Shown here: one piece after another, positions 52,555 to 64,000 of the stretch
Layout of the letters: each line of letters starts with the position of its first letter
Position numbering within the stretch: position 1 is the stretch's first letter
From: Camelus ferus
Lineage: Eukaryota
Direction: 5' to 3'
Length of the DNA: 64,000 bases
Assembly: GCF_009834535.1 (NCBI RefSeq)
Contig: NC_045696.1
Coordinates: 102,674,001-102,738,000 of the forward strand
Program-made: the position numbers and the translations under genes
Notes under the pieces: generated by a model
Database searches by the model: none
Told to the model about the DNA's origin: nothing
The model's input: the letters and a program-made list of their open reading frames with translations, nothing else

Positions 52555-52680
52555 TTGTTGGTTTGGTTTTTGGGGAGTAGGGGGTAATTCGGTTTGTTTG
52601 TTTCCTGGAGGTACTGGGGATTGCAGCCAGGACCTCATGCATGATAAGCAGCAGCTCTACCACTGAGCTACACTCTCCCC
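52555..52680 (-). mobile_element. tRNA-derived SINE (vic-1-like)
   Basis: ggaggtactggggattg...ctctaccactgagctacactctcccc. Confidence 0.85.
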
Positions 52681-55574
52681 ACTTGCAGGCTCTTCTTATA
52701 CTCACTGGGGGAGTCACCCATAAGTTTAAAGCCCACTCTGCCACTAAAACCTTAAGTATGCCATTAACTACTCTGTGCCTCAGTTTCTTCATCTGTAAAG
52801 TGGAAATAATATTAACACCTCCCTCATGAGGTTATTGTGAGGACTGAATAATTTAACACATTTAAAGCATTTAGAACATATATGTATATAAGTATGTACA
52901 TACATGTGGCCCAGCAATCCTTCCCTTGGATATTATCCAGATCAGTTCTCACTCAGATCCTCAAAGGGACAAAGATGAGAATACTCAGTGCAGAGCTGTA
53001 TATGGAATCTGGGAACTGGATGCATCCTGAGGGGACATGAAAACACACTACAAAGTGCTAGGCATTAGTTGGGAGCAATGAATCAGAGGTATGTATAGCA
53101 AATATAGTTGGATGTTTAAGACCCACTGTTGAGTGAAAGACAAGAAATAGACAAGTTCTGTTTCACAAAACTATTTACAAAAATTGAAAACATACACAAC
53201 AACTTGATATTTTACAATATTACACTTATGTGGAAGGATACATATGTAATATTTTATAGCGGATGCATACGTGGAAGAAGAGGGAATGGAAATGGAAACC
53301 AGGGATGAATGGGAGAAATATCCATGAAAAAGCAGTAATTATAGTACACCATGAATTGAAGTATATGACTTTCCACCCAAGAGTTAAGCAAAATAAAGAA
53401 AGAACAGAAGGGAAGAATGGAGGAGCAGGAGGGAGGGGGGAAAGGAAAAAGATAATTTGTTAGCTGGTGTCTGGGCTGCTGGTGAGGATGATTAACAGGA
53501 AATAGGCTTGTCCTCAAAAGGCTGCTCAGAAGAGGTGACATTTAGGCTGAAGCCTGCCATACGGTGATCTGGGGATGAGTATTACTGGCAGAGGGAACAG
53601 CATGTGCTAAGACCCTGAAACAGCAACATGTTATATTCAAGGAATGGGGGGGGGGGGAGGGAAACAAGTGTGGTTGGAGCACAGTGAAAAAATAGAAGAC
53701 AAGTTTTCATTTTAAAAGATGGTCTGGTGAAGGCCTATGCTCATATGCAAAGTCTGTACATATGGTTTAGGATAATTAGTTTCCTTGGGAACCAGTAATT
53801 CCCAAGAAGAGGGGAAGTCTTTTCCAGGCTCTGGTGAAGTGGTTTGTGACAGGGAGGTGGGAGGTGAGCCCCAGGCAACCAGACGGAGGCAGAACTATAC
53901 TTTGCTCCCACTGGTATAGAAGGAGCCAATTCTCCAGCCCCTAACTGTGGGAGGCAGACATTATAGCTGGGACAGGACCTGGGGCCTGTGATCTAAGTCC
54001 CCCACCGAGGGCCAGACAGCCCAGTGAGGAGCCTGGTTGGACAGCACTTTGGACACAGTGCTTTCCCTGCTGTGGTCCTGCTCACGGCCCAGCCCCACCA
54101 CTTCCCAGGGATGCTGTCCACACCTGTGCCCTCTGGCATTTGGACTCTGGTCTCCTTCTGCCCCTTCCAGACCTTCTTAGACATCAGATATTTCTTGATT
54201 TCCTTCAAAAGAGTACCTGGTGCATCAAAAATACAAACCCCAAGTTTTCTTTCTGTCCTGGAGTGTTAGTCTTGTCACCCTGTCAAGTGCTGACCACCTC
54301 CTTCTAAAACAGCAAACAAATAAACAAAAACAAGAACAAGCTGTGTTTCATGAACAAGAAATCCTTGAGGACAGGGACCTCGTCTGTCTGGATCTCTGTC
54401 TATCTTCTTGCCTAGAAAAAGGCCAGGCTTAAGATAGGTGCTCAATAAAATGGGTTGAGTGAGTTCACACACACACACACAAACGCATACACTTAAAATG
54501 ATGAAAAAAATCATATGTTCTTCTTATGGTAAAAGCTCCAACTGGAATTCATCTATCTCAAGATAAGCATAGATGTAGCCATGTTCAGCACCAGTTTTTG
54601 CTCATAAAGAATTGATTTCCCTCATCGGGACTGCAATGGGTGATGATAATGATCATTGAGCAATATGTGCTAGACACTGAATTATCTCATTTAAAACCCA
54701 TGACAACAGTATGACATAGGTACTCTCCTATCCTTATCTAAACAAAGAGAAAATTGAAGCTTGAAGGGATAGAGTAACCTTTAAGTGATGGCTAGATCCA
54801 GGTTTTTAATCCCAGGTCACCTGACCCCAGAACTCTTGGTTCAACCTTTGAAACTCTGGTCAATTTCACAAAAATAAAATGTATTAAAGTTGTACCTAAA
54901 ACAATGATTACTCTTCTGAATATTGTTTTTTCTTTTCTAGACTAGTCACTAGCATCCTTACACTGAAGCTGGTTTTAAAGAACTGAAAGCTTTCCACAAT
55001 ATTGTGATCATTTAAAATAAAAGGTTTAAGGACATTTTGCAAGTGAGCAGCAGAGATAATAGAAGTGATCTCTTCCACGTCAGAAGCTATTCTTTGCCCT
55101 GTGAGTCCGTGTCTGTTTTCATTTCAGTTTCCAGCTTTGAAATTCCCCTTTTTCATCCTCTATTTTTCCTTCTGCTAATGATTTAATTACTTTTTGTGAC
55201 CATAAAACAATGTCTGAGCATTGTGACAATTTTGCTGCAGTAAACATTCTTTGTCTGAGTTGAGTTCCCTAGCAATTATGACCTGACACAGATTTTACAT
55301 TCTGAAGCTTTATTGGAAGAATGCAAACCCGAGGAAACAAGTGAGAAGGGGAATGGGGCAATGAGGCAGGAGGAAGGGGAAGCAGATGGGAAGTGGTGTG
55401 TGACTGAGCTGGCCCCACTTCGCAAGAAGGTACAGCTGGATGCGTAGTCACATGGGAAGTGTCCAGAGGCCACATGGAAACTTTTCTCAAAAGAGTACTT
55501 TAGGGGAGAGGAAGGAGAATTTATCCAGGGATTCTTCCCCATCCTTTACCTCTGAGTGATTAATTTTCTTTGAT

Positions 55575-56505
55575 TTTTTTTATTGAAGTCTAATTGATAT
55601 GCAGTATACATAACAGGTGTACAATATAATGATTCATAATTTTTAAAGGTTATACTTCACTTATAGTTATTATAAAATATTGGCTATATTCCTTATATTG
55701 TGCAATATGTCTTTCTAGCTCATTTTAAACATAATAGGTTGTGCCTCTTAATCCCCTACTTAAGTCCACTGCTTGCCTCTCGAAAGCCAATACATGTGTT
55801 GGTAGAGAGTAAAGTTTGCTTTATTCAGGAGGCTGGCAACAGCGGGGGGGGGGGGTGCAGAGGGAGGACTCGTGTCCAGAGGACATCTCCTCCCTTGCCG
55901 ATCAGTAGGCAAGAGCTTTTAAAGGGGGGTTTCAGGAGTGTATAGGCAGAGGAAGGGGACTACATGCAGAAAAGCACAGTCAGCTCTGACAGTCATCTCA
56001 AAATTGGTCCTGCAGTGGTCTGATCAGTGTCATCTTGATTGTTTTAAGTGCAGTTAATCTTCAGTTCCAGGGTCAGTTTGTTCCCCTCTCTTTGAGACCA
56101 GTTCTCAGAAAGTGGAGACTTATGTCATGGCCACAGTCTGGTCAACAAATAGTTAACTTCTTCCATCCAGTGGGGATTTCAGTATCTACAAGATGGCTCA
56201 AAGGATACGGCTCAGAATATTATCTACAGCCCTTGAGGAGGAACTAAATGTCCTTGACTTTGCTTAATGACTGAACTATTTTCATTTTGCTTTACTTGAC
56301 TATTTCCCTTTGTTTCTGTATTTTCTTATTTCTCTGATTAAACTTTTTCTTTGACTAAAGACTTTCTACAGACAAGAGGCAGGCAGAGGACATGGTGGGA
56401 AGGTCTGTCCTGGGAAGGCTCCATAGGGTCCTGCTCCATTTCACTGCCCATCTTACCCCTCCCTGCTTCCTTCTCCCCTCTGGAAACCACTAGTTTGTTC
56501 TGTGT
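55575..56505 (-). mobile_element. Antisense L1 3' end interrupted by an LTR
   Basis: ttttttattgaag...atcccctact, resuming after the LTR at about 56444 (cccctctggaaaccactagtttgttct). Confidence 0.75.
55761..56443 (-). mobile_element. ERV1-type LTR
   Basis: Reverse complement starts TGAAATGGAGCAGGACCCTATGG and has AATAAA (tttatt near 55820). The U5 end appears truncated. Confidence 0.7.
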
Positions 56506-56910
56506 AAGCTGTGGTACATATATACAATGGACTACTACTCAGCCATAAAAAATGAAAATTTGCCATTTGTAACAACGTGGATGCACTTGGAGGCTATTAT
56601 GCTTAGTGAAGTAAGTCAGAGAAAGACAAATACTATATGATAGCACTTTAATGTGAAATCTAAAAATATAACAAACTAACAAAGATAACAAAAAAGAAGC
56701 CCACTCACAGATACAGAGAACAAACTAGTGGTTACCAGTGGCGAGGTGGAGGGGCGATACAGAAGTGGGGGAGTGGGAGGTACAAACTATTTAGGTGTAA
56801 GACAGTCTACAGGGATGTAATGTACAACTCGGGAAATATAGCCAGTATTTTGTAATGACTGTAAATGAAAAGTAACCTTTAAAAATTATATTAAAATACA
56901 GATTTTTAAA
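56506..56910 (+). mobile_element. L1 3' fragment
   Basis: gtggtacatatatacaatggactactactcagccataaaa...gtaacctttaaaaatt. Confidence 0.85.
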
Positions 56911-57574
56911 AAGTGAATGGCTGGATCATCGGGAATACTGTCTTCAACTGTACCAGGTATTGTCAAATTTTATACTCCAAAATGATTTCTTCTTCTTGAC
57001 TTGGTCTCATTCTTTTCCTTTCCTACGGTTATATCTAAAACTCAGCTATTGTTGAATAAACTCACCCTGGGGTGGGGTGGGGGCGAAAATCCCTGAATAT
57101 ACCTTCACAGTTTCCTCCTGCTTATAGGAATCTCTGACCAAACTCACAGGAAAACTGAGAATACGAATTAAATGGTGTCTGTGTGGTATTCTGAACTTCT
57201 TGGAGAAGCTGTCTAAATCCACATTAATTTTAAAACCAAAATTTCCCATTGTTTCCAGGAGAGGGCACAAATTCATTTTATGTGTATTCTCAGGGCTCTT
57301 TACCAGCCTTGCTAACCTCACGCCCACAGGCAAACATGCATGTCTGCACGCAAACACACCCTAACTCCTGCTACGCACTCAAGGGTAGACACACGGCCTC
57401 TGCTGTCATTTCTGAGTCTATGATAAGCAACCTTGGGCAGGCTCCTTGCCCTGCGAGTTGCCGGGGCTCCCGTGGCTGCGGAATGGGGAAGGAGGGAGGG
57501 TGTTACAAACTGAATACATCTGGCTTTAGTTTATAGTTCCTATATTAATTTTCCTAATTTCCTGTGGCATTGGT

Positions 57575-58500
57575 GTTCCGAGAGTAGTCATAAGAGTGGT
57601 CCCAGGCAATAAGGGAGTGAATTGTCTGCAGAGACTTTTAAAACAATGATAAAAACAGACTAAGTTGGCCTACTTTTAAAAAATAACACACTCGCAATTT
57701 TACTCACCGTCGGATACAATGTGAAATACTCTCCCTCCCAAGTCTTTTGTTTATCTAAATTCTAAAAAAATTCTTTAGTTACTCTTCAATTTTATAATGA
57801 ATAATATTAGCATGTTTAATTGCTTATCCTTTAATAAATATTATATTCTACATGGAAGTTCACTCACAGAAGCCCTGGCATAAATGGCCTTATCTACATG
57901 TGTCTGTTGGAGAGTGTAGTTCCTAATGGTTTAGAATCATTCATGCCTGCTTTGGGCACACTTTATGGCTTTAACTCCAGTGCAACTCTCTGTTTCTGCA
58001 TTTAAACGCTAGATTTGAAATAAGTAGCGGCAGTCTCAACGGCAACAGAACTAGAACTATTTCAGTTCTCTCATTCAGTTTAATTGTCTCATTTTTATGT
58101 GACCACTTGGAGCTTTAATTTGTGATTAAAATTTAAAAGAGTAAAAGAGTGCAAACTGCAAGGTGTAATATTTTTGTCTGCTAAGTGCAAGTTTTAGTTC
58201 ATTCATGAAAACTTAACAGCATTTGAATAATATCTTTAAAACTGAAATTGATTCCTTTTTAATCATCATTTTTCTTAATTTTTATTCACTTACTATTAAC
58301 CTTAATGTTATTTATTTCTGTGGCAGACCAAGACATTCATTTGAAAAATAATAATGTAATTTTGAAGTATTAATCCACTACTTTTTCCTCTTTTTGGATC
58401 CTGTAATAATTTATCTTATTACTTAATTATTTATTTTTATTGGTGTGATTGTGTATACCAAGTTCAATAAAAGAAAAATCTCACTGTGTTTTTTTTTCCT
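57575..58500. mobile_element. Old hAT-type DNA transposon fragment (Tip100 group-like)
   Basis: AT-rich block starting caggcaataagggagtgaattgtctgcagaga that resembles Zaphod/Arthur elements from memory. Confidence 0.4.
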
Positions 58501-59487
58501 GTTCATAGTATTATCATTTTACTTTATTATTATTATTACTGGAAATGATGTAGGGAGGAGGGTCTGTTAAACAATGATTTGCTCTGTGTGTCAGATACAG
58601 AGTGGGTCCTCCTGCCTCCCAGGATGGTAGGACTAATAAATTATCACATGTAGATCTGCAGAGCCAGCGGTGGGCGAGCTGCCTCGGCTGAGAAGACTGC
58701 CCCCTGCTGCTGGGGTGTGAATCTGCCCACAAGGCCGATGGAGGGAGATTAACCCTCACTTTACCTTCATCTTCCTCTTGGCAGTGCCAGAGACTTTACA
58801 GTTGCAGACTGACTAATTGACTACAAGGTCAAGCCTCAAAACCCTATTCTGATGAAACTGAAAATGGGCAAGGAGTTAAAACTCAATACGAAATAGCATT
58901 TCTAATTGTCTTCTTACCCTCTTGCTGATTTCTTTTGGAGGGAGGGCTACTCATTAGAAAATAAAATGATCGGCTTATTAAAAGATAATATACCTGATAC
59001 TAATCTTTGCCAAATTTTAATAATTTACTGCTCATTTATATAACTGATGCTGGAAAATACATCTAATTATGTATTAGAATTACTAAAGGTTATATTCAAA
59101 GTTGGAAAGGAGGGCGAATGTAACTTTTAAAGGATCTGAGTAGCTCAGGTAAGGTGTTCTTTCAAAGATAAGTGATATAGAATGTTAAAGACCCTAAAGA
59201 TTGCATAATCCAGCTTCAGTTTATCAGTAAAGAAGCCAGAGCCCAGAGAACATAAGACTTTTGTCCAGCCTCACAGTGTAGGGGGAGTCCCAGGGCCAGA
59301 AGCCAGTGACCGTGACTTTTAACTACAGGCTCTCCTCCTAAATGACAGAACTTCTAAATGGCAAGAAAATGCCCTTTACTTGTTTATTGTGTCAACTTAA
59401 AGTATTTAAGATAGGTGCTCCAGAGTTACCACTGTCTATAGTGGCCATGGACCAAATAATGAAAAAGAACATTATAAAGATATCCCT

Positions 59488-59922
59488 GGAAATATACACA
59501 AAAGGTTATGATAACTCACAGAGAAAAAAATGTGACAATGAGTGTGTATATGTCCATGAATAACTGAAAAATTGTGCTGAACACTGGAATTTGACACAAC
59601 ATTGTAAAATGATTATAAATCAATAAAAAATGTTAAAAAAAAAAAAAAGCAATTGAACCCATAGGTGCAGTTAAAAAATTTAGAAAGGAAGACAAAAAAG
59701 TATGTGTGCATGTAAATATATGTGCATGCTAAATAAGATATGTAGATATATGTGTAATAAACCAAAATCTTCCATCGGGGGGAAAAAAAAAAGAGAGTAT
59801 CATCATAATAGTAGAATCATAATTATATACATTTAATTATATTAAAACAAAATATTTAGCTTTGTGTGATTATTTTTAAGTTCCAAATAAAATAATAACT
59901 AATATCTAAAAAAAAAAAAAAA
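59488..59922 (+). mobile_element. Young L1 3' end carrying 3'-transduced sequence, TSD AAAGATATCCCT
   Basis: L1 3' UTR 59488-59634, A14, unique DNA, final poly(A). Perfect 12-bp TSD at 59476-59487 and 59923-59934. Confidence 0.88.
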
Positions 59923-60404
59923 AAAGATATCCCTACCTTGGCAAATAGCTAGATACTGATTAATGAAGATATCTTTAAGAACCATTTGTTACAGCACCTA
60001 CAGCTGCAAAATAGAATTAATAAATATTTACTGAGCATCTACCATGTACATGACATGTATTCCCTGTGGAGACTACTGAAGGACTAAATAATAGACAGCC
60101 TTGCATAACACACACCATACGCCAGTCTCTGTTCTGTGCAAACTATGATCCACTTCTCATTTTAAGGAACATAAATCCAGGAAAGGTGAACGGCTGTGCA
60201 GATCTAAAGAACAGTTAAGGAAGACAATAATGTCCACCGGGCAGTACACAGAGATGAGGGAATGGTAAATCAGAGCTCTTTGGGTCCAAGTGGCAGAAAC
60301 TAAACTAGAAATAGGAAGAAAAGAAGGAAGGAAGGAAGGAAAAGGGAGAGAGAGGGAGAAAGAAAGATAGACAGACAGACACTACTTACTTGCAGTCCAT
60401 ATTT

Positions 60405-60810
60405 GTTGCTATGGGCTAAATTGTATTCCCACCCCTGCTCTCAAAATTCATATGCTGAAGACTTTAATACCAGTACCTCAGAATGTAACTGTATGGAGAG
60501 AGGGGGCTTTAAGAGGTAATTAAGGTAAAATGAGGTCATTAGAGTGGGGCCCTACTTCAGTCTGACTGGCGTCCTTCTAACAAGAGGAGATTGTGATGCC
60601 GATAGCACAGACAGAGGGGGGACCACGTGAAGACACTGGGGGAAGATGGCCACCTACAAGCCAAGGAGAGAGGCCTCAGAAGAAACCAGCTCTGCTGATG
60701 TCTTCACCTTGGACTTCCCAGCCTCTAGGACCATGAGGAAATACATTTCTGATGTTAAAGCCACACGGTCTGTGGCACTTTTGTCATGGCAGCTGCAGCA
60801 AACTAATACA
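60405..60810 (+). mobile_element. MLT1B-like MaLR LTR
   Basis: tgctatgggctaaattg...caagccaaggagagaggcctcagaagaaacc...gcaaactaataca. Confidence 0.85.
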
Positions 60811-60899
60811 GAGGGGTACCGGGTAGTTGACAGAATTGAAGGAAGGGTTACAGGAACCAGTCAAAGCCAGTCACCTCAAGGACTAGAGCCAGGGCCTCA

Positions 60900-60901
<2 letters not shown>

Positions 60902-60948
<47 letters not shown>

Positions 60949-60960
60949 CACACACACACA
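60902..60960 (+). repeat. (AC)n microsatellite with one interruption
   Basis: Read directly from the sequence. Confidence 0.95.
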
Positions 60961-62089
60961 ATCTCTCTTTCTCTCTCATCTGTGTTTGACTTCATTCTTC
61001 TAACTCTGCCTTTCTCTACAAACTCCAGAATATAAAAACACCAAGGATGGACTTAATTGACCTAATTTGGGTCTCATGTCCAACTCTAGACCAATCAGTT
61101 CATTCTCCTCCAGTCAGGTGTGTCTACCACCCTTGCTGGCCCGTATCCTGAGTCTGGAGCCTCATCCAGTTCACTCTCCCCAAAGAGTAAACCTGGTGTC
61201 TGCTGGGGTGGGAGAAAGGTAGCCATTTGGCTGCTGACTGCTCCTTCAAGATTTTCCATAAACCTCCTGTTTGCAGCTCTGCCCCCTATCCTCTCTTTCA
61301 GAAGAGGCCAATTCCAGGGCCTTTCTAGGGTGCGGTGCCATGAGCTGCCTTCCCTCTTAACAGCTCTCCCTCTGCCGACACCCGGATTTTTGTTGTGTTT
61401 CAGTTCTGCTGGGTTAGTCACCCTGGTCCAGCCCCTGTCCCTGTTTCCCCACAGAACTGACATTGACTCTTCACCGCTTCCCTCTGTCCTTGTGGATTTG
61501 GACCGTTTGGGCTTGTTTGCTGTCATTTCAGTGGCTTTTTTGGAAGGGATCAAAGAAAAGTGCATGTTTTTAAATGGCAGTGTTTAACCAGAAGTCTATT
61601 CTGGGGATTTTCACATAATCCTCTCTGAACATGCCGCAGTGGCTGCCTTCCGGCTGGGGGGTGCAGGTGGGGACCAGGGGCCCTGGCCCCCACCCCTCTA
61701 TCAAGCAGAAAATCTCTGCTTTTTTTTTTTTTCCTGGTTTATATTTTGGGCTTCTAAGATTTCATTCGGACAAAAAGCCTTTGTCTAAAAATAGAAAAAC
61801 CTTAAAAACCACTGCACAACACGAGGCTGACTCCCACATATTTTATAGAGTTGGAATCATAGTGTATACCCAGTTTGGTATTCTGGTTTTGTTTAGTTAT
61901 TTATTTTACATTATATTGCAGTACAAACATGTTTTCATTATTTCTACTGTAGCTTTTTCATGACCACTTTCTCAACCCAGTGCCTGGCACATGATAAATC
62001 CTTAGTAAACAGTGATTGAATGAATGAATGATAAAATTTAATAGCTGCTGTTTCTAATTTTTTGTCATTATAGTCATAACTTTTGTTGA

Positions 62090-63790
62090 ATTCATGCATT
62101 CGTTCACCTAAAACATATCTGTTGAATACCTACTATGGTCATGCACTGGTGAATGGTGCTGGAAATACGACAATGAATACATTAGACATGGTCTTTTCCA
62201 CACCAAACTTACAGTCTAAAAGAGGAATCTGGCAGGTGAGTTGACAATCACAATACAGAAGCATAAATGCTAGAGGAAACAAAAAGAACAATTGGAGCAC
62301 TTAGTAGGGCCCCTAGCCTATACTTGAAAGTCTGGAAAGGCTCCCTGGAGGAAGAGACCAAGGAAAATAATTTTTTAAAATAAACAGGACATGCCAAGTG
62401 CAGAAGGGAAGACAAATTCTCCATGCAGAGGAAGCAGCAGGTACACCATTGGGCACAGAGGAGACCTTAGCCCATCCCAGGACCTAGAAAAGGTTCAAGA
62501 TGATTGGAGGGCAATGTGCACATAGGTGAAAGTCCAGGGAGGAGCTGGAGAGGCAGACAAGAGCCAGGGAATGAAAGATCTGATGAACTCCCTGCGTTTG
62601 AGGGCAATGGGAATCATTAAAGAATCTTAGAGTAAAACCCATTGGACATTTCAAGGTCAGTTCTGCAGATCCTGTAGGGTCTGTAAGCCGTGACAAGTCT
62701 GCAACTCATCCCTAAGAGTAATAGGTACTATTGAGGGTTTGAATTAGGGGACAATATTTGCATTCCAAAAAGCCCCAACAAAATAATAAAAAAAATACAG
62801 ATATATACACATATATGTATAACCGAATCACTTTGCTATACACCTGAAATTGACACAATACTGTAAATCAACCATATTTCAATTAAAAAGAACAGTAAAA
62901 TAGAAAAAAATTCTTGATCAATTGTCAACAAACCATTTATTGAATAAACCTCAATTTAAAAAAAAAAAAAAACACACACCAACTGATTGCAATGTGAAGA
63001 ATGGATGGCAGAGAACAGAAGACCACTCAGGACTAGCAGAGGCTAGAAGAGCATAGCGGTGGGGAGGAAGAGAGACAAATGGATTCAAGGAACAGGCAAG
63101 GGCAGAAGCAATAGGTCTTGGTGGCTGAATGTGGGAAATAAAGGAGAGGAAAGAGGCTCAGTCGACATCAAATTTCTGGCTTAGGCAGCGCGTGGATTGT
63201 GGCGCCGTTTATTAAGGTAGAGACCACAGGATGGGGGAAACCAATGAGTTCAGCTGGACACACTGCGATTAAGGTGCGTGAGGAACACCCAAGTGGAGCT
63301 GTCTGTAAGGGAAGAAGGAAATGTGATGCGAAAGCAGATGAGGATCTGGGTATCCTCAGTGGTAAGAGCTGCGGAGGAAGAGGCAGGAGGCCTGTGGTCA
63401 GATCCCCGAGGCATGCTGGTAGTTCAGGATGCGCAGAGAGAGACGAGCCTGCTAAGGAGCTGAGATGAGAGAGAGCCGCTCCAGGTGTTAGACGAAATCC
63501 AAGGAGGTGCTGGGTTCTGGAAGCTGAGCAAAGACAGTGCAGGAGGAAGAGTCAGTGTGTCAGTGTGATACGACTGCGAAGTGGCACCAAGAATGTCCCT
63601 GGTGCTTGATTAGGCAGCTCCAAGCAGAATGATGGGACAGAAGCCAGGCTGCAGTGGTTCCGAAGCATCTGAGTTTCAGACAAAGTACTTACGCAAGACT
63701 TTCAAGAAGCAGGACTGAAAGGGAGAAGAGAGAGATCGGGTCTAGCTGGAGCGGAAAAAGAAAGTAACAGAGACTTGAGCATATTTGATG
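62090..63790 (-). mobile_element. Degraded L2 region with a small L1 3' fragment (about 62800-62890)
   Basis: L2 3' end (ttcatgcattcgttcacc...gaatacctactatg) followed by purine-rich L2-like sequence. Confidence 0.55.
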
Positions 63791-64000
63791 CTACCAGTGG
63801 CTCCGCATTACCACCTATTTAAAAACAAAACCAATCAACCAAACTCCCTAATCCACTTACTCCTCGGGGTTCTCCAAAGTTGGGCTCCAACCAGCTTTAT
63901 TTCCTACTATTCTCCCACCATCACCCTGTGCTTTGGCCAAACAGGTTAGCTCGGCAGATAAACTGCACGGTCTTGTTTATACTGTTTGCTCCCCTGAAAT

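Noticed and set aside
61095..61587. Opposing 155/156-aa ORFs
   Set aside because: No recognisable domain; composition suggests an old repeat-derived segment.
1..64000. Prokaryotic-type systems (CRISPR arrays, operons, defence islands)
   Set aside because: The sequence is mammalian; no regularly spaced repeat-spacer array or gene-dense region was seen.

Overview
Mammalian genomic DNA, most likely camelid, judging from the repeated tRNA-derived vic-1-like SINEs. There is one clear protein-coding gene: PAQR9 (+ strand, uninterrupted CDS 25964-27097, 377 aa). It sits in a CpG island with a (GCC)10 tract, a poly-Ala uORF and a probable long 3' UTR. A second, orphan CpG island lies at about 41.3-41.6 kb. 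The rest is mostly transposon-derived: a decayed non-autonomous ERV1 provirus (gag/pro remnants plus 3' LTR), solo LTRs, L1 3' fragments, L2/MIR, MaLR and hAT MITEs. I found no convincing new gene system. The most unusual structures are retrotransposition products: an apparently serial L1 3' transduction (59.5-59.9 kb) and a SINE-poly(A) fused to just the predicted R-U5 part of an ERV LTR (47.7-48.1 kb). Also notable are a perfect 48-bp palindrome, an inverted LTR pair and a triple nested insertion. Repeat family names come from recognition by eye, not a database search, and the boundaries of old repeats are approximate.
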